From assembly GCF_009914755.1 (NCBI RefSeq), contig NC_060929.1: a stretch of 64,000 nucleotides of DNA, one strand, 5' to 3'. Under the pieces are notes generated by a model. The model was not told where the DNA came from and did no database searches. It saw only the letters and a list, made by a program, of their open reading frames with translations. Source of the DNA: the human T2T-CHM13v2.0 reference genome, Homo sapiens. Position numbers and translations under genes: made by a program. Positions 14,346 through 27,985 of this stretch are shown piece after piece. Positions within the stretch are counted from its first letter, which is position 1. Each line of letters opens with the position of its first letter.

Positions 14346-15117
14346 CTTCTTCCCTCTAAACGGATCAAAATAGGAAGACAAAGTTAGAATGCCTTTATGA
14401 GTGGAAAAAAATAACATTTTTCAGAGTTTTTTTTTTTAAAGAAAAAACATCAATCCAGTAAATCAACAGTTTTTTTTTATTTTGTAATGTGTAAGAAAGC
14501 TTTTTATTGGGATTCTTTAAACAGTCAGTATAAATAACAGAGCTCTAGCTACATGCTTGCTGTGTTGGACAGTAAATAGCTTACTGTATTTGGAGTTGCT
14601 CTAGATTAGGAAATTAGTTAAAACTATGATAAACAAAATGAGAGTTTGATTCCAAATATTCCAGAAATATAGGGAAGGTCACCAAGAAAAGTCCCCACTG
14701 GAGAGCTGCAGAGGTGCAATGAACCAGCAAGGGGAGTTCTGCTGGGTTTGCCTTTCACCATGCCAGGGGGAATGGTTGGAAGCCGAGTAACATCACAACA
14801 GCAAAAAAGGAGAAAAAATGTTTTTGTGTCTGTTGCAAAAGGCCAGAATACCTCACATCCAATTTGGGCCCAGTTAAGTTCTCTAATTGTTGGAGACTTA
14901 ACTTCTCCATGACCACAACTGTGAATGAAACAGAAGAACGTCATTGCCTCGTGTTAGTGTTGAAGTTTCATTCAGCACACACATAGTCCATTCCATGATC
15001 CACGAAGATTTCACTGAATTACAATTCTTTTTGTATCATACACACAGATATATATGCTATTGTTTATGCATTTAGTTTGAAAGATTAGTTTTTTTCCCTC
15101 AAAGCATATTATTAACC

Positions 15118-16648
15118 CTCTTAGTCTGTTAGGATTGCAATAATGAAATACAGTCATGCATCATTTAATGATGGGGATATGTTCTGAGAAATGTGTCGTT
15201 GGATGATTTTGTCATTGTGCAAACATCATAGAGTGTACTTACACAAGCCTGCGTGGTATAGCTTACTACACACTTAGGCTACGTGGTACAGCCTGTTGCT
15301 CCTAGGCTACAAACCTGTAGAGCATGTTACTGTACTGAATACTGTAAATACTTTTAACACAATGGCATTTGTGAATTTAAACATAGAAAGGCACAGTAAA
15401 AATGCAGTATAAAAAGAGTTAAAATGGTGCACTTGTATAAGGCACTTAGCATGAATGGAGCTTGCAGGACTGGGAGTTGCTCTGGGTGAGCTGGTGAGTG
15501 AATGGAGAGGGAACATGAAGGCCCAGGGCATTATGTGTATAGGACTATAGACTTTATCAGCTTTGTACTCTTAGGCTACACAAAATTCATTAAAACATTT
15601 TCCTTTCTTCAATAGTAAATTAGCCTTAGCTTACTGCTACTTTTTAACTTTATAAACCTTTATATTTTTAAACTTTTTCACTTTCTTAATAACATTTAGC
15701 TTAAAACACAAACACATTTCACAGCTGTACAAAAAAAATGTTTCTTTATAACATTATTCTGTTAGCTTTTTTCTATTTTTAAATCTTTTTTTTTTTTTTT
15801 TTTTACTTTTTCAACTTTTTTGTTAAAAACTAAGACAAACTTTGGCTGGTGCCTACACAGAGTCAGGATCATCAATATCACTGACTTCCCCCTCCACATC
15901 TTGTCCCACTGGAAGGTCCTCAGGGGCAATAACACACATGGAGCTGTCACCTTCTATGATAACAATGCCTTCTTCTGGGATACCTCCTGAAGGACCTGCC
16001 TGAGGCTGCTTTACAGTTAACTTTTCTTAGTAGTAGAAGGAATATTTTATCTAAAACAATGATAAATAGTATAGCAAATACATAAACCAGTATCCTAGTT
16101 ATATCTTATCAAATGTTATATACTGTACATCATTACTGTATTGCTACACATTTATACAGCTGATAGTTTAGTGGGCTTGTTTACACCAACATCATCACGG
16201 ACACGTGAGGGTGTTATGTCTGCTACGACACCACTAGGCAATAGGAATTAGGTTATAATCTCGCAGGACCACCATTGTATATTGAGTCCATTGTTGAAAT
16301 ATCGTTATGAGTTGCATTACTGTATCTTAAATTGAGTAATTTATAAGCAACAGAAATGTATTGCTGACAGTTCTGGAGGCTGAGAAGTCCAAGATCAAGG
16401 TGCCAGCAGGTTCTGTGTCTGGTGAGGGCCTGTTCCTCATAGATGGCACCCTCTCTATGTCCTCACATGGCAGAAAGTGCAAGGGAGCTCACTGGAGCCT
16501 CTTTAATAAAGGCATTAATCCCATTCATGAGGATGAAGCCCCACTGACTTAGCCACTTCCCAAAGGCCCTGCCTCTTCATACTATCACATTGGATGTTAG
16601 ATTCCAACATATGAACTGTTGGGAGACATCAGCATTCAGACCATGGCA
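15118..16648. mobile_element. MaLR LTR (MLT1A-like) split by a Tigger insertion (pieces ~15118-15150 and ~16325-16648)
   Basis: cttagtctgttaggattgcaataatgaaata continues after the Tigger as ...ttataagcaacagaaatgtattgctgacagttctggaggctgagaagtccaagatcaaggtgccagcagg...cattcagaccatggca. Confidence 0.75.
15151..16322. mobile_element. Tigger3b/MER7 (Golem)-like TcMar-Tigger non-autonomous DNA transposon, ~1.17 kb
   Basis: Termini TA|cagtcatgc...gcattactg|TA (inverted ends, TA TSD); internal gcctgttgctcctaggctacaaacctgta. Confidence 0.85.
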
Positions 16649-16764
16649 ATAACAAAAAGTACGTAGATTTGATGAACCTGGTATCTGTTTACTTTGTTAA
16701 ATTAACAGATGAAATGTGAATGGTTTTCATAGAAGAACTAACTTCAATCTTTTATAACTTTCAG

Positions 16765-16843
16765 GGCCTGTAATTCAGTGTTTACAGCATTAGATCACTG
16801 TCATGAAGCCATAGAAATAACAAGCGATGACCACGTGATTCAG
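16765..16843 (+). CDS. PDE8B: PDE8B coding exon (ref. exon 7), 79 nt, start of PAS domain: (R)[26 protein letters not shown]
   Basis: Acceptor ttttataactttcag|G, donor CAG|gtatgg; phase 2/0. Confidence 0.97.
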
Positions 16844-17086
16844 GTATGGAAAGAAACCACCTCTATCATTAACATTCAAAATGAACCTTTCAGGTTTAAG
16901 CCACACTTTTTATCAAGTACTTTCCCATCATCCTCATGTATCAGCACATTTTCTTAGGAGAAATAAATATCAAGCTGTGCAAAGAATACTGATAGACTTA
17001 AGAATTAGATATTCAATAAAGAACAAAAAATTATTACTTCAGATCAGAACCTGCAATTTCTTTGACAGAAATGGGGTTTAAAAAAA

Positions 17087-17381
<295 letters not shown>

Positions 17382-17879
17382 TAAATTCTTTTGACCATCT
17401 GTGAAGACACTATTGACATAGAAGTAAGTCAGAATGGTACAGCAAATGCTTATAAATGTCTAGGGAACAGAGTATTTTCAAAGACATTCATTTGTTTACC
17501 TGCAGTGGGTATCCTAATTACAAAGCATTCTTACATGAATGTCATCCTCCTAAGGAAATGTGTGTAGCAGAGAAACCTTTCAAGAAATGAGGTGTTCTTA
17601 TTATAATTGTTGGAAAGTAAGACATCTGTATTTGTAAAATACCCTGAAATATAGACTTTCCACGAATTGGTGCTTGCCTGCCTGCTGTTGGTTTGCAGAG
17701 TGGCATGGAGTGTGAGGAGCACTTATCAGTAGGGCACCAAAGACAGTGGGCAACACACAGCGAAGCCCACAGCAGAAGCCTCACATTTGTCTGCCCTGAA
17801 ATCTCCCAGTGCACACATACACACCTTGTTCTCATACCAGACCAATGACATCAATAGCCCACCCTGCCTAGGCCCTGTC

Positions 17880-18055
17880 ATCAGCACTTTCATTAGGTTG
17901 TCTCATTTCTATTCAATAAGGGTAGGCAAGAGACATCATTGCCCTATAGTGCAGATGAGGAAACTGAGTCCCAACAAGGCCAAGGAACTTATCCAAGGAA
18001 AGCCTTAGTAATAAGTATCAGAACTAAAATATGTAGTCATGTCTCCAAAGCCTTC
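17880..18055 (-). mobile_element. MIR
   Basis: gcagatgaggaaactgagtccc...gaacttatccaagg. Confidence 0.65.
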
Positions 18056-19059
18056 CTACCTGGTTTCCTGTTTAGCTGTATTGTTAGAATATGTTTTATG
18101 GCTGCCCCGTGAAATGTATCTGAAGGCTTCCTCATGATGCTGGCTCTTAGTGGCCCACCTGCCCACAGGTCTGCCTCTTGGACCTCAGAGAGAGCCAGAC
18201 GTGTTTCTGTTACAGACCAAGCACAAAAATCCCACATCTCCCCCACTTATACCCCGACTTGGACAATCGATTCTATTCATGAAGCACATTTGCTTTGCAC
18301 CTCCCTGTTTTGCAGTGTGCAGCTGGATTTGATTTCAGAAATGAGGAGAAGGGGCTCCCTGCCCACTAGCCGCCCCTCCACCTGTAATCTAACAAACAAC
18401 TTCTAGAATAGGGAACAGAGTCTTTCATTCTCCAGTTATCAATTGGTGGTTAGAAAACCTGTATCCTTGGGAGAGGTAATATTGTGATGGTGTCACATTA
18501 TGATATTAATCATCTCCCAGCCTTTGCGATGAACAGGAAGAAGCAGGAGCATGAGGCCAGTATAACAGATGCCTGTAAAGGAGAGGTGGAAGGAGAGTCA
18601 CTGCCTTTAAAGGGAAACTTGGATTCTGAAAGAAGACCTTACAGCTTTTTTCTCAGGGAACCTTTTCATCCTCCTTTAGAAAAATGTATCAGCAATCTGT
18701 AGTATGGAACTTAAAACAAGAGGAAGGAGGAAGGAGCTGAATAGAGGATGTTATATGTATGGTGAAATTACCTATGTGCTATAAATTTTGAGGATGTCAT
18801 CATTGGATGGGATAGTTAATATATGTTCTTACTTGATATCAGCATCCTTTTCAGGGCACTCCAATCAAATAGTTAGATGCCTTTTTGAATACAAATCTTC
18901 AGAGGTCAAGTAGCAGCACTTAAAATTTAGAAGCAATATCTACCTATCTGTGTCTGTCTATCCATCTGTTATCTATCCACCCATCCATTCCTCCCTCCTT
19001 TCCTTCCTGTCTTCCTCCATGCCCCCATCTATCTAAACTCTATATGTATTTGCTTTAAA

Positions 19060-19285
19060 ACACTTAATTGTTACTTGCCATATACTAGGCTCAGTTCTAA
19101 GCATTTCACACATACTCATTTATTTCTTAAAGCAATCCTGTGAGTCAGGTATCACTATTGTACTCATTTTGCAGATGAGGAAACTGAGGACCAGGGAAGT
19201 TAAGTAATTTGTCCATGGTTCTGTAGCTGGTAATTGGCAGAGCCAGGATTTGAACTTGGGTGCCTTGGCTCCAGAATCCATATCT
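19060..19285 (-). mobile_element. MIR
   Basis: ctcattttgcagatgaggaaactgaggaccagggaagttaagtaatttgtccatgg...ggcagagccaggatttgaac. Confidence 0.8.
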
Positions 19286-19449
19286 GGGAGTACCTGCTGC
19301 ATTCTGAGGTTTCAGGAACCCTGGTGTGAAAGAAGGGCCATGACTTCTACCCAAATTTACAACTTAATAGGGAAGGCAGAATGAACACACATGAAAAGGT
19401 ATGAGAATATGGCTAACAAATAAAGAAAATAATATATTCTCTAATATTT

Positions 19450-19830
19450 TCTATTCATTCCTCAAATAGTTAATAAACAGTCCTGAGTATCCAAAGATCA
19501 ATTCAAAATAGCCTTTGCCCTTGAGGAGTTGAATGTCCACTGGGAGAGACAGAGATAAACAAAAATTTAAATTCGGTGTAATAAGTCACTGAAAGTCTGC
19601 ACAGGCATCAGTGGCAGCTCTTGGGAGTGGACTAGGTAGGGGAATCAGGGAAGGCTTCCTGGAAGAGAAGAGGGATAAATTGGAGTTGGAGAGGGAAAGA
19701 GACAGGGAAGGGTATTATAAGCAGAGAGAGCACGTGGGGAAAGGCCCGGAGATGAGAGAGACATGCAGACAGCTCAGCAGCCTGCAGAGGTGGCCCCGGG
19801 AGGTATGAGGCTGGCTTTGTGAGCAGGGGC
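19450..19830 (-). mobile_element. L2 fragment
   Basis: tgcccttgaggagtt...atcagggaaggcttcctggaagag...aaaggcccggagatgagagag. Confidence 0.65.
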
Positions 19831-20587
19831 TACGCTGTAAGTGATGCCCTTCCCTGCCTAGGGAGGGCCCTGAGTACTACATGTCAGTAATGGGGCCAGG
19901 AGGGGGTCTGGAGATCCATGAAGACAATATCAGGCCTCCTTCTCTTCAGTCACCCACCAAAGGCCTGATGACCAGAGCATCTTCCAAACCCCTTCAACTC
20001 TCAGGGTTGATCGTGTTAATAGAAGCTGTGTCTCCCAAGGAACAGCTCCCCAAGTGTCCCTGTGCCACCCTGTTCATGACTGCTGCCATCACAGTTGAGG
20101 GCAAGAGTGATTACAGTTGGTTCGAACATCTCCGAAGCAGCAGATGGATGCAATTTAAGCCCAAAGAAATTCATGACCCAGATGCAGTCTGTTTACATTT
20201 TCCCGACATTCTTCACCGCTTGTCTCTCTCCACTCAGCCCCCATCTGTGATCTTTGAAAAGAAATCAGAGGGTGGGACAGGACCTGGGAGTCATCTAGGG
20301 TCATGGCTCTAAATTCCAGGACCCCAGGCAGAATTTTGAAAAGAAACCTCTGAGTCTGCTGGCCCCAGAATCTGCCGAGGGGAGCTTCACACCTGCCTGA
20401 GCCCAGCACTGAAAGGGCTGCCTCCTGCCCCAGCCATTTAACTGAATTTATTGTTCTGATTCTACTGGTAGTGTCCCCAAACTGTAGCAAACATTGATCA
20501 ATAGATAGTGGCAATTGGAAAGGAGACATGAGAAATCCAGTTGTGGAGATGTGCATAATACAAGCCGCCACTGTTGAATGGAGTTCT

Positions 20588-20898
20588 TATTTGTTCGTTT
20601 GTTTGTTTATAAGAGACAGGGTCTTGCTGTGTTGCCTGGGCTGGAGTGCAACGGTGCAATCATAGCTCACTGCAGCCTGAAACTCCCAGGCTCCAGTGAT
20701 CCTTCTGCCTCAGCCTCCTGAATAGCAGGGACTACAGGTGTGTGCCACAACAACTGGCTAATTTTTTTATTTTTGTGGAGGTGGAGTCTAGCTGTGTTTT
20801 CCAGGCTGGTCTTGAACTCTTGGGCCCAACTGATCCTCCTGCCTCAGCTTCCCAAAGGGCTGGAATTGAATTACAGGCATGAGCCACTGTGCCCAGCC
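20588..20898 (-). mobile_element. AluJ-like, antisense
   Basis: gagacagggtcttgct...atcatagctcactgcagcct...gatcctcctgcctcagc; (TTTG)n-degenerated tail. Confidence 0.9.
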
Positions 20899-21327
20899 TG
20901 AAACTTTCTTTTTTTAACTACAAACATATGGACCCAGTCCTAATTTATTTTTATTTCTTTTTTTGTCTGAGTTTTTCCTTATTCATGGGGCGGTAGATGG
21001 TGAATGAGTTCCCCAAGAGGCTGGTACTGCTAGATGAGGGCTTCCTGTTTTTTTCCTGCTGAAGTTTCTTCTGATATCCTACAGGGGATCAGGATGGCAG
21101 TTGAATGAATAAATTGCTGCCAGGAAGGAGGGAACTCCTCCAGGAAGGGTTTGGGGATGGAAAGGGGCAGCAGGACCTGGCCAGCTAACTGCATTAGAGA
21201 ATGTTTGCCCTGGGAACTTCTTGCTTGATATTCCTCTGGGTCCCAACAAGTCTTCCTACGGGGCACACAGACATTTCATGAATTCTGTCTTGTGTCCCCG
21301 CACTGATCTGTACCAACCTCCCATTAA

Positions 21328-21528
<201 letters not shown>

Positions 21529-22584
21529 TGAGTTTTAGAATTTCATCCTTAAGATTAGCTTTTTTAATAATGTCATAATTAAGTGAAAGATCTATTATGT
21601 TTGCAAAATGAGTTCATTTTTAAGTTAACTTTGGAACTCAAGTGAATCTGGTGCTTATCATTATGGTACAGAATCTGGTGATTTTGTGTGAAAACATTTC
21701 ATCCTGTGCATGAATATGTCCCATCTGCCATTGCTGGAATATCGTGGGTATCTCTGAGCAGAGTTCCACCCAGAGAGCTGTTGTGTTTTTTCAGTTTATC
21801 CAGTGTTTGGGAGACTAGACATATTTAATACCAGTATTTATAGGTAGGCCAGGTTTTTTTCCCAGTTTTCCTTTTCTGTTCTCTGATCGCTGTTCAACAT
21901 ACATTTGTAGCTTCCTCCTCCCAGCTGCACCTGTTCCTCCAGTGGCTTCCCCTTCATCTGGGTAGATGAAGGTAATGATGGAAGTCCGAGAGGAATTTTC
22001 CCTGAAGCCCTCTCCTCCTGTAGAGCACTGCCTCTCATCGCTGGAACTGCCTGTGCATTTTCTGTTAAGCATTCAGAATGCTTCTTCACATACAATTTCT
22101 TTCATCTTCCTTTCTGTGATGTGAAGTAGTTAAATAAGCCCTGTATCCATTTAATAGAGGGAACATTTTAGAGGGATAAGATAAATTTGGATTATAGATG
22201 ATGATCAAAATGTTTTTTTAATTGAGGCAATGAGACCAAAAAGGAAACAAGACATTGTTAACTATTCCAAAGATTGTTGCCAAAAGAATATAGCCACACA
22301 TACCAAGGTGCATACCAATTAGCCACCTTATGTGATAGAGGGGACAAGAAATGGCTGCAGGGAATCGGAATCTCAGTTTCTGATTAGCCAAACCTCCCAT
22401 GTTCAGAGAACAGGAACCAATACTCTCCCCTTGGCCTCTTTCACGGAAGCTAAGAGGAGCCAGAGTAACCCCCGAGAAGCCTTGGCTGGGGGGCCCGTAG
22501 GATGTTAGGAAGATGATGGGCTTCAGCGAGTGTTAAGTAGACATGAATTTATACGCAGATTTTCTGCATCCTCATGTGGGCAAG

Positions 22585-22675
22585 TTACCTAGACTCTCTG
22601 AGCCTCAGTTTACCCACCTGTAAATTTAGTATGATAATGCCAAGTTCACAGATTGCTGTGAAGATTTTGAGAGAG
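22585..22675 (+). mobile_element. MIR fragment
   Basis: gggcaagttacct...ctctctgagcctcagtttacccacctgtaaa...ttgctgtgaagatt. Confidence 0.65.
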
Positions 22676-22976
22676 ACCTCCAAAGAATCCCTTGACCTGG
22701 TGCCACAGCAGCCATAGGGCTGAGAGCAGAATTCCACCCACAGGTCAAGTGTCCTGGAAGCTGGGACAGACAACCTGGTGGTGGATATGTGGATCTGTGG
22801 TCTTGTTTTCACACATGTGGCCACATCAGCATTGCACTGGGTACAACAATACAGCAGGCATTGGGAAATGTAACGAGAGCATGTGGGAATGTTCCTTCTC
22901 AGCCTTCTGAGACCCTCTGCAGGAGCAGCTGTCATCCTTGACTGAAGGATTTTAAGAGCTCTCTTTGTCCATGTAG

Positions 22977-23066
<90 letters not shown>

Positions 23067-25257
23067 TGAGAGCAAACTGTTCAACTCTTTTAGCTGAAGA
23101 TAAAGACTCAAGGCCCTCATGGGCATTGGGCTTGAAATGCCAGTATGAGCCTTACATCCACAAATGCAGTAGGGTTGTGCTGAATGTAGTATAGATCGAG
23201 GGTGCTTCCACTCAGCCGGCAGCAACCCCCAAACATGGTTTTCCATGTCTTTTATGAAGCATCACCCCAACCTCCCACCTCCACCTGATCACCTATGCCT
23301 TCTGTCATTCCCAGTGTGCTCTAAAGGGGCTTGATTTCTGGGCTTCCCTTTCCCCATAACAACAATGATCTCCTGCTGGTGCTCTCTGGCCTCTGCACTC
23401 AGTGCATAGGGAGCCAACCTTTTCTCCTGCTTGAGGCCCTCGCTCCATGCTGGTTCCTCCAGGCCGGTTCTGGACTTGTTCCTTGGAGGCCCACTGTTTA
23501 TGGAGAGAAAGGTGTGTCTGACCAGGAGCTGAGGGCATCTCAATCCACTGAATCTCAGATTACCAGAGAAGCTTCTCTCTTTTGTGGAGAGATAAGAAAA
23601 ATATGCAATTCCTCTTCCTTCCTCCAGTTAAATTTTGTGAGATTTACAAAGCCAAACAGGACCCCCTAACCATACATCATGGTAAGCCGTGGGGAGCCAG
23701 CCTGAAGGTCAACACCAGGTTCATAGCTTGGGTGTATAAGGAACACAACGTTGTGTGACATGTCAGAAAAAGATGAGGCCACAGTCATCCTGCCAGGAAC
23801 TGGAACAGGAGCCCCACCTGTGACTCTTAGGACTACCTGAGTTCCTTGCAAATTGTTGTATGAATAGAAAACGAGATGTTTCATAAAATCAGCCAGGTAT
23901 TTGTAATAGCTTGTTTCCCCTCCAATTTTGGTTAGTTTCAAAATTGCTCTCCCATCAATTCAGGCTACGTCCCGTCAATACCACCTGGTATTTCATGCCA
24001 TTTTGTAATTTGAAGCTCCCTTTTTGCTTCACTCTGGATGATGGGGGCACTGACAGGCCCCTGACCGAGGTTGTGAGCTGGAGAGAGGCTGCCCCTCGGC
24101 CCTCCTCCTGAGCAGCCTGGCCTCAGCGTGGCCATTCTCACCCACAGGCAGTGCTGAGAACTGTGGGGTGGAGATGATGCCCGTGACTGTCACATTGTTT
24201 TTATCCTCATCCTTATACCATCTCCTCAGAAAATCAAAGCTAAGAATCCCTTTCTGTGTGTGTGACCAGAATCATTAGGCAACCAAAGCAGAGGAGACAT
24301 GCTATTGCCTGGTAATTTCCAACAGAATACACTTTTCTGGTCTCTCTGATTTTACAGATAAGAAAAAGAAGTTCTTTTGTCCAGACACAATTTCCAGTGT
24401 TATTTTCCCTGTAATTGTAGGCAGTGAGCTATCAGAGGCAATTCTTATTAAAAGTAGGGAAATTTTACCTCTTCCTAGTTGGGTGAAGTTTATTACAGAG
24501 TAACCAGTATTTTATATCCTCTTTTCAGAGGCCTACAGAGAAAAGTGAACCAGGTAAAGAGAGAGAGAGAGTGGGATACCCCACGGGCTTCTGGGGGCAA
24601 AAAACCTAATGTAACTCTCTGGATTTCATGGTTTTACTCTCAGTAAAATATTGACTGTGAGCTGATTTTTGCATGGGGCTGAGGCACCTGTCATCTTTTG
24701 CCCGGTTTTCCTTGTGACAGTGATAAAGAGTGAGGCTGCCCACTGAGTTTCAGGACCCAGTCCATGACGTTGAAATGAGAGGATTTTTATCTGCCTGAGA
24801 AGTGCCATTATTATGACAATTATAGTGTGAAAGAATATGGGATATTTAATATAAAAACAGCAGCCATGAAATGTGGTCATTGTCCAAATGAATCTTTTGT
24901 AGCTATGCAATTATTAGTATCAGCAGAATTAAAACTAATTTATTTGTAGCAGCATTTTATCCTATCAACTGAAGATATCTAGGAACCAAACTTTAGGAGT
25001 CAGTTACAAAATAACATACCCATTAGGGAAGTGTTTCTGAGCCCTCTAGGATGTATAAAGGAGGCCCAGTTTCCAAAGGCATGTGTGGGCTCTGTGTGAA
25101 AACTGTGTTTTCTGTAGATTGAGTCTTGCTTGAATTTTAAAACTGCCCTAGGACGAACCCTGGAGTTTAGCTTTAAGAAGTCTGTTGACATTTTTATTTG
25201 CTGATTTGTTGAATCATCTCATATCTGACTCACTAATAACTGATTATTTGTTATTAG

Positions 25258-25318
25258 GAAAATTAGGCATTTTGTCTCGCTCAAGAAACTGTGTTGTACC
25301 ACTGACAATAATAAGCAG
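25258..25318 (+). CDS. PDE8B: PDE8B coding exon (ref. exon 10), 61 nt: (G)KIRHFVSLKKLCCTTDNNKQ
   Basis: Acceptor tatttgttattag|G with upstream ctaat/ctgat branch-like motifs, donor CAG|gtatgg; phase 2/0. Confidence 0.96.
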
Positions 25319-27196
25319 GTATGGTATTAGCTCACTTCGTTTGCTCTGTCTGTTTGGCCATGCGTCACCTCTGTTCTCTGCTTATCTCACCACTGTTCTC
25401 TGCTTGTCTTTCTCCATGTCTAATTGTAGCTGCCAATTAAGCAGATTTATGGGAAAATTTGGTTCCTCTGACAAATCTTTTTATTTCCCAGCAAACCTAT
25501 ATCACTTTATTTGTAGTGCACATCGGTTATGATTTAGCTTGTGGCTGAGGAACTCTCTAGACTAATATATGAAGGCATAAAATTTTTCCTCCAAATAAAA
25601 AATGTTCTATTTTTATCTTAATTTCTTAATCAGTTGGAAAGTATATATCCATTTGAGCATTGCACCCCTACAAATTCATATCAAAAACAAGAATCATTCC
25701 AAATTAGTACTGCAATTTTTTCTTACCCTTACATCATACAGAAGAATACATCTGGATGTTATCATCTGCAGTAACAGAATTTTAAGAAGCCACTTTATTT
25801 AAGAACTTTTTAAGGTAATTTTGTAATGGAGGGCAACATTGGTGTAGGTATTTTTTCTATTTGATTAGTACTTTTACTACTGGATTATGTGTATTTTCAC
25901 TTCATGCATTGTAATTTGTAGATTAACAATTATACAACAAACATAATTATCAGTGATCTATTTTTGAAAACTTACAACATGTGGTCTTTGATTTTTATGA
26001 GGATTTTAAAGAGGGACAGTATCTCTAAAGGATTTCAAGGGCTTCTGTGGCATAATCCATTTTAGTAGAGGATGGCAGAGATGTGTGAAGTGCTGGATGA
26101 GAAGGTGAAGCCCAGCCAGGCCTGGAGATCAACTGGAACCAGCAGGACGTGAGTAGACAGTGGGGTGAGCCCAGTGAGCCCGTGAGGGTCTTCAGTCGGT
26201 TGTCTCAGGATATCAAAGGGGTCCACGTCCATGTGCTCCTTTATAAGATATAGTTGGAGATAAAGTCCTTCCTCCAGCACTGAGAATCTCATCTGAAATC
26301 AGGATGTTTTCACATAATACCATGAAGTCATGCAAGAGGCAAGTCCTTGGAGACCTCTGGTAAAGGAAAGAATGGCCTTTCATAGGGAAAAAAAAGGGTT
26401 CCAACAGACATTTTGCTACATACCAGGAGAAAGAATGAGTTCTTCATAAGAGCTGACGCAGGCAGAAAGAGAGGGACAGGACACCTGGTGTCTCTTTCGA
26501 GACAAACTTCTGAACACAAGCAGTGCAGACCAACATTTCTTGGCTGTGGATCCACAGTAGAGGACACAGGTCCACTGGGGTTCATTCATTCTCATGCCAG
26601 AAATTGACCAAGCACAGTTCATGTCCAGTTCATGCCTTTCCCCCACCAACTCAGCCTTGCTCCTCTTCCTTACCTTCTTTCTCACTTAATGACAGGGACC
26701 CCTACTCTCCCTGTCACCAGTCTCCCTGCAACTCCATGTGCCCAAGTCCTACCAGTCCTTCATGACCCAGTGCAAGAAACATTAAGTATCACCTTCTTTC
26801 TGAAGGCCCCTGAGGTACCCTCTTTGCTTTGTATCACCCACCAACCACCGCCATCATCTTCACAGCTATTTGCGTGCTAAACTGCCCTCTCCCCTCTAGC
26901 AGGGCCACTGGTCTGTGCTGTCCTTGTGTGCCCACACTGCCTGGCATGTAGTAGGCCCTCAAGCTGGTGGCTAGCGTTAATGAAACTGAATGTCTCAGTC
27001 CTGGCCTCCTGCCAGCTGTAAAGCCCTCCTGCCTCACAGGGAGAGCAGGCAAGCCCTTAGCACAGGACTTTAGGATACAGGGGTGGGGGGCCACCTGCTT
27101 TTTTTCTGAGGCTCTAAGTAGAAACGCCTTTACTACCATGAATTAGCTGCTGCTCCTAGAAAAGAGGAAATGCAGAGCTCGGATACCCTGAGCCAT

Positions 27197-27204
27197 TGAC
27201 GTCA
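27197..27204. promoter_or_regulatory. Full palindromic CRE (TGACGTCA) with nearby half-sites; candidate intronic cAMP-responsive enhancer
   Basis: Exact TGACGTCA; TGATGTCA at 27396, TGACG at 27438, CGTCA at 27479; local CpG retention. Function is not shown. Confidence 0.4.
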
Positions 27205-27787
27205 CCTAATGGTACTGCACAGGCCTGGAGAGACATTTAGATTTTCTAATAACAAAGCATTTTTATACCTCTGGCTAACTACAGTGTTTTTCCTCTTCAT
27301 CGAAGGAGGCTGCAGCGAATGGCAATGGGATCTGTGCTGGGGAGGGCACCTGTCTGCAGGCGGTTCCGGTGGTGTGGTTTTCTGGGGTTTAGCCCTGATG
27401 TCAAAATCGGCCCATGGGTTTGCATTTTAACAAGGTGTGACGTGGTAAGCCAGGCTGCTCTCTCCTGGTAAGGCTTGCCGTCAGCAAAGATCCCTTTTCC
27501 TGTATGAGCCCTGTAGCTTTTTGCCAAGAGGCTGGAAATGCTCAGTGAGGTTTGTCTGTTGTCTTCCTCTCCTCTGCACACACACTTTCTCCCCAAATAT
27601 GTGTTAAACACCTGTTCTGTGCTGGCACCAGGGACACAATGCATCTGCCCCCAATGTCAGGGAGGCCACAGACAGGTAAACAGAATAAATAGAATGCAGC
27701 ACAGAGGAAATGTGAATCAAGCACTGGAGGAGCTCAAAACCCAGGACCTAAGGAGGCTGTCTGGGATTTTTAGCTATTGTGTAAAAT

Positions 27788-27985
27788 AGGGGCCAAGAAA
27801 CTAGAGCCTGCAGGCCAAATATGGCCTGTTCTGTAAATAAAGTTTTATTGGAACACAGCCACACTCTCTAGTGTGTTGCACCTCTGGCTGCTTTCATACT
27901 GTGGTGGCAGAGCTGAGGCCATGTGGCCTGCAGAGCTTAAATATTTACCCTCTGGTCCTGCACAGAAAAAGGTTGCTGACTTCAT
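27788..27985. mobile_element. MER58A (hAT-Charlie)
   Basis: gcctgcaggccaaat...gtaaataaagttttattggaacacagccac...aaatatttaccctctggtcctgcacagaaaaaggttgctgac. Confidence 0.8.
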
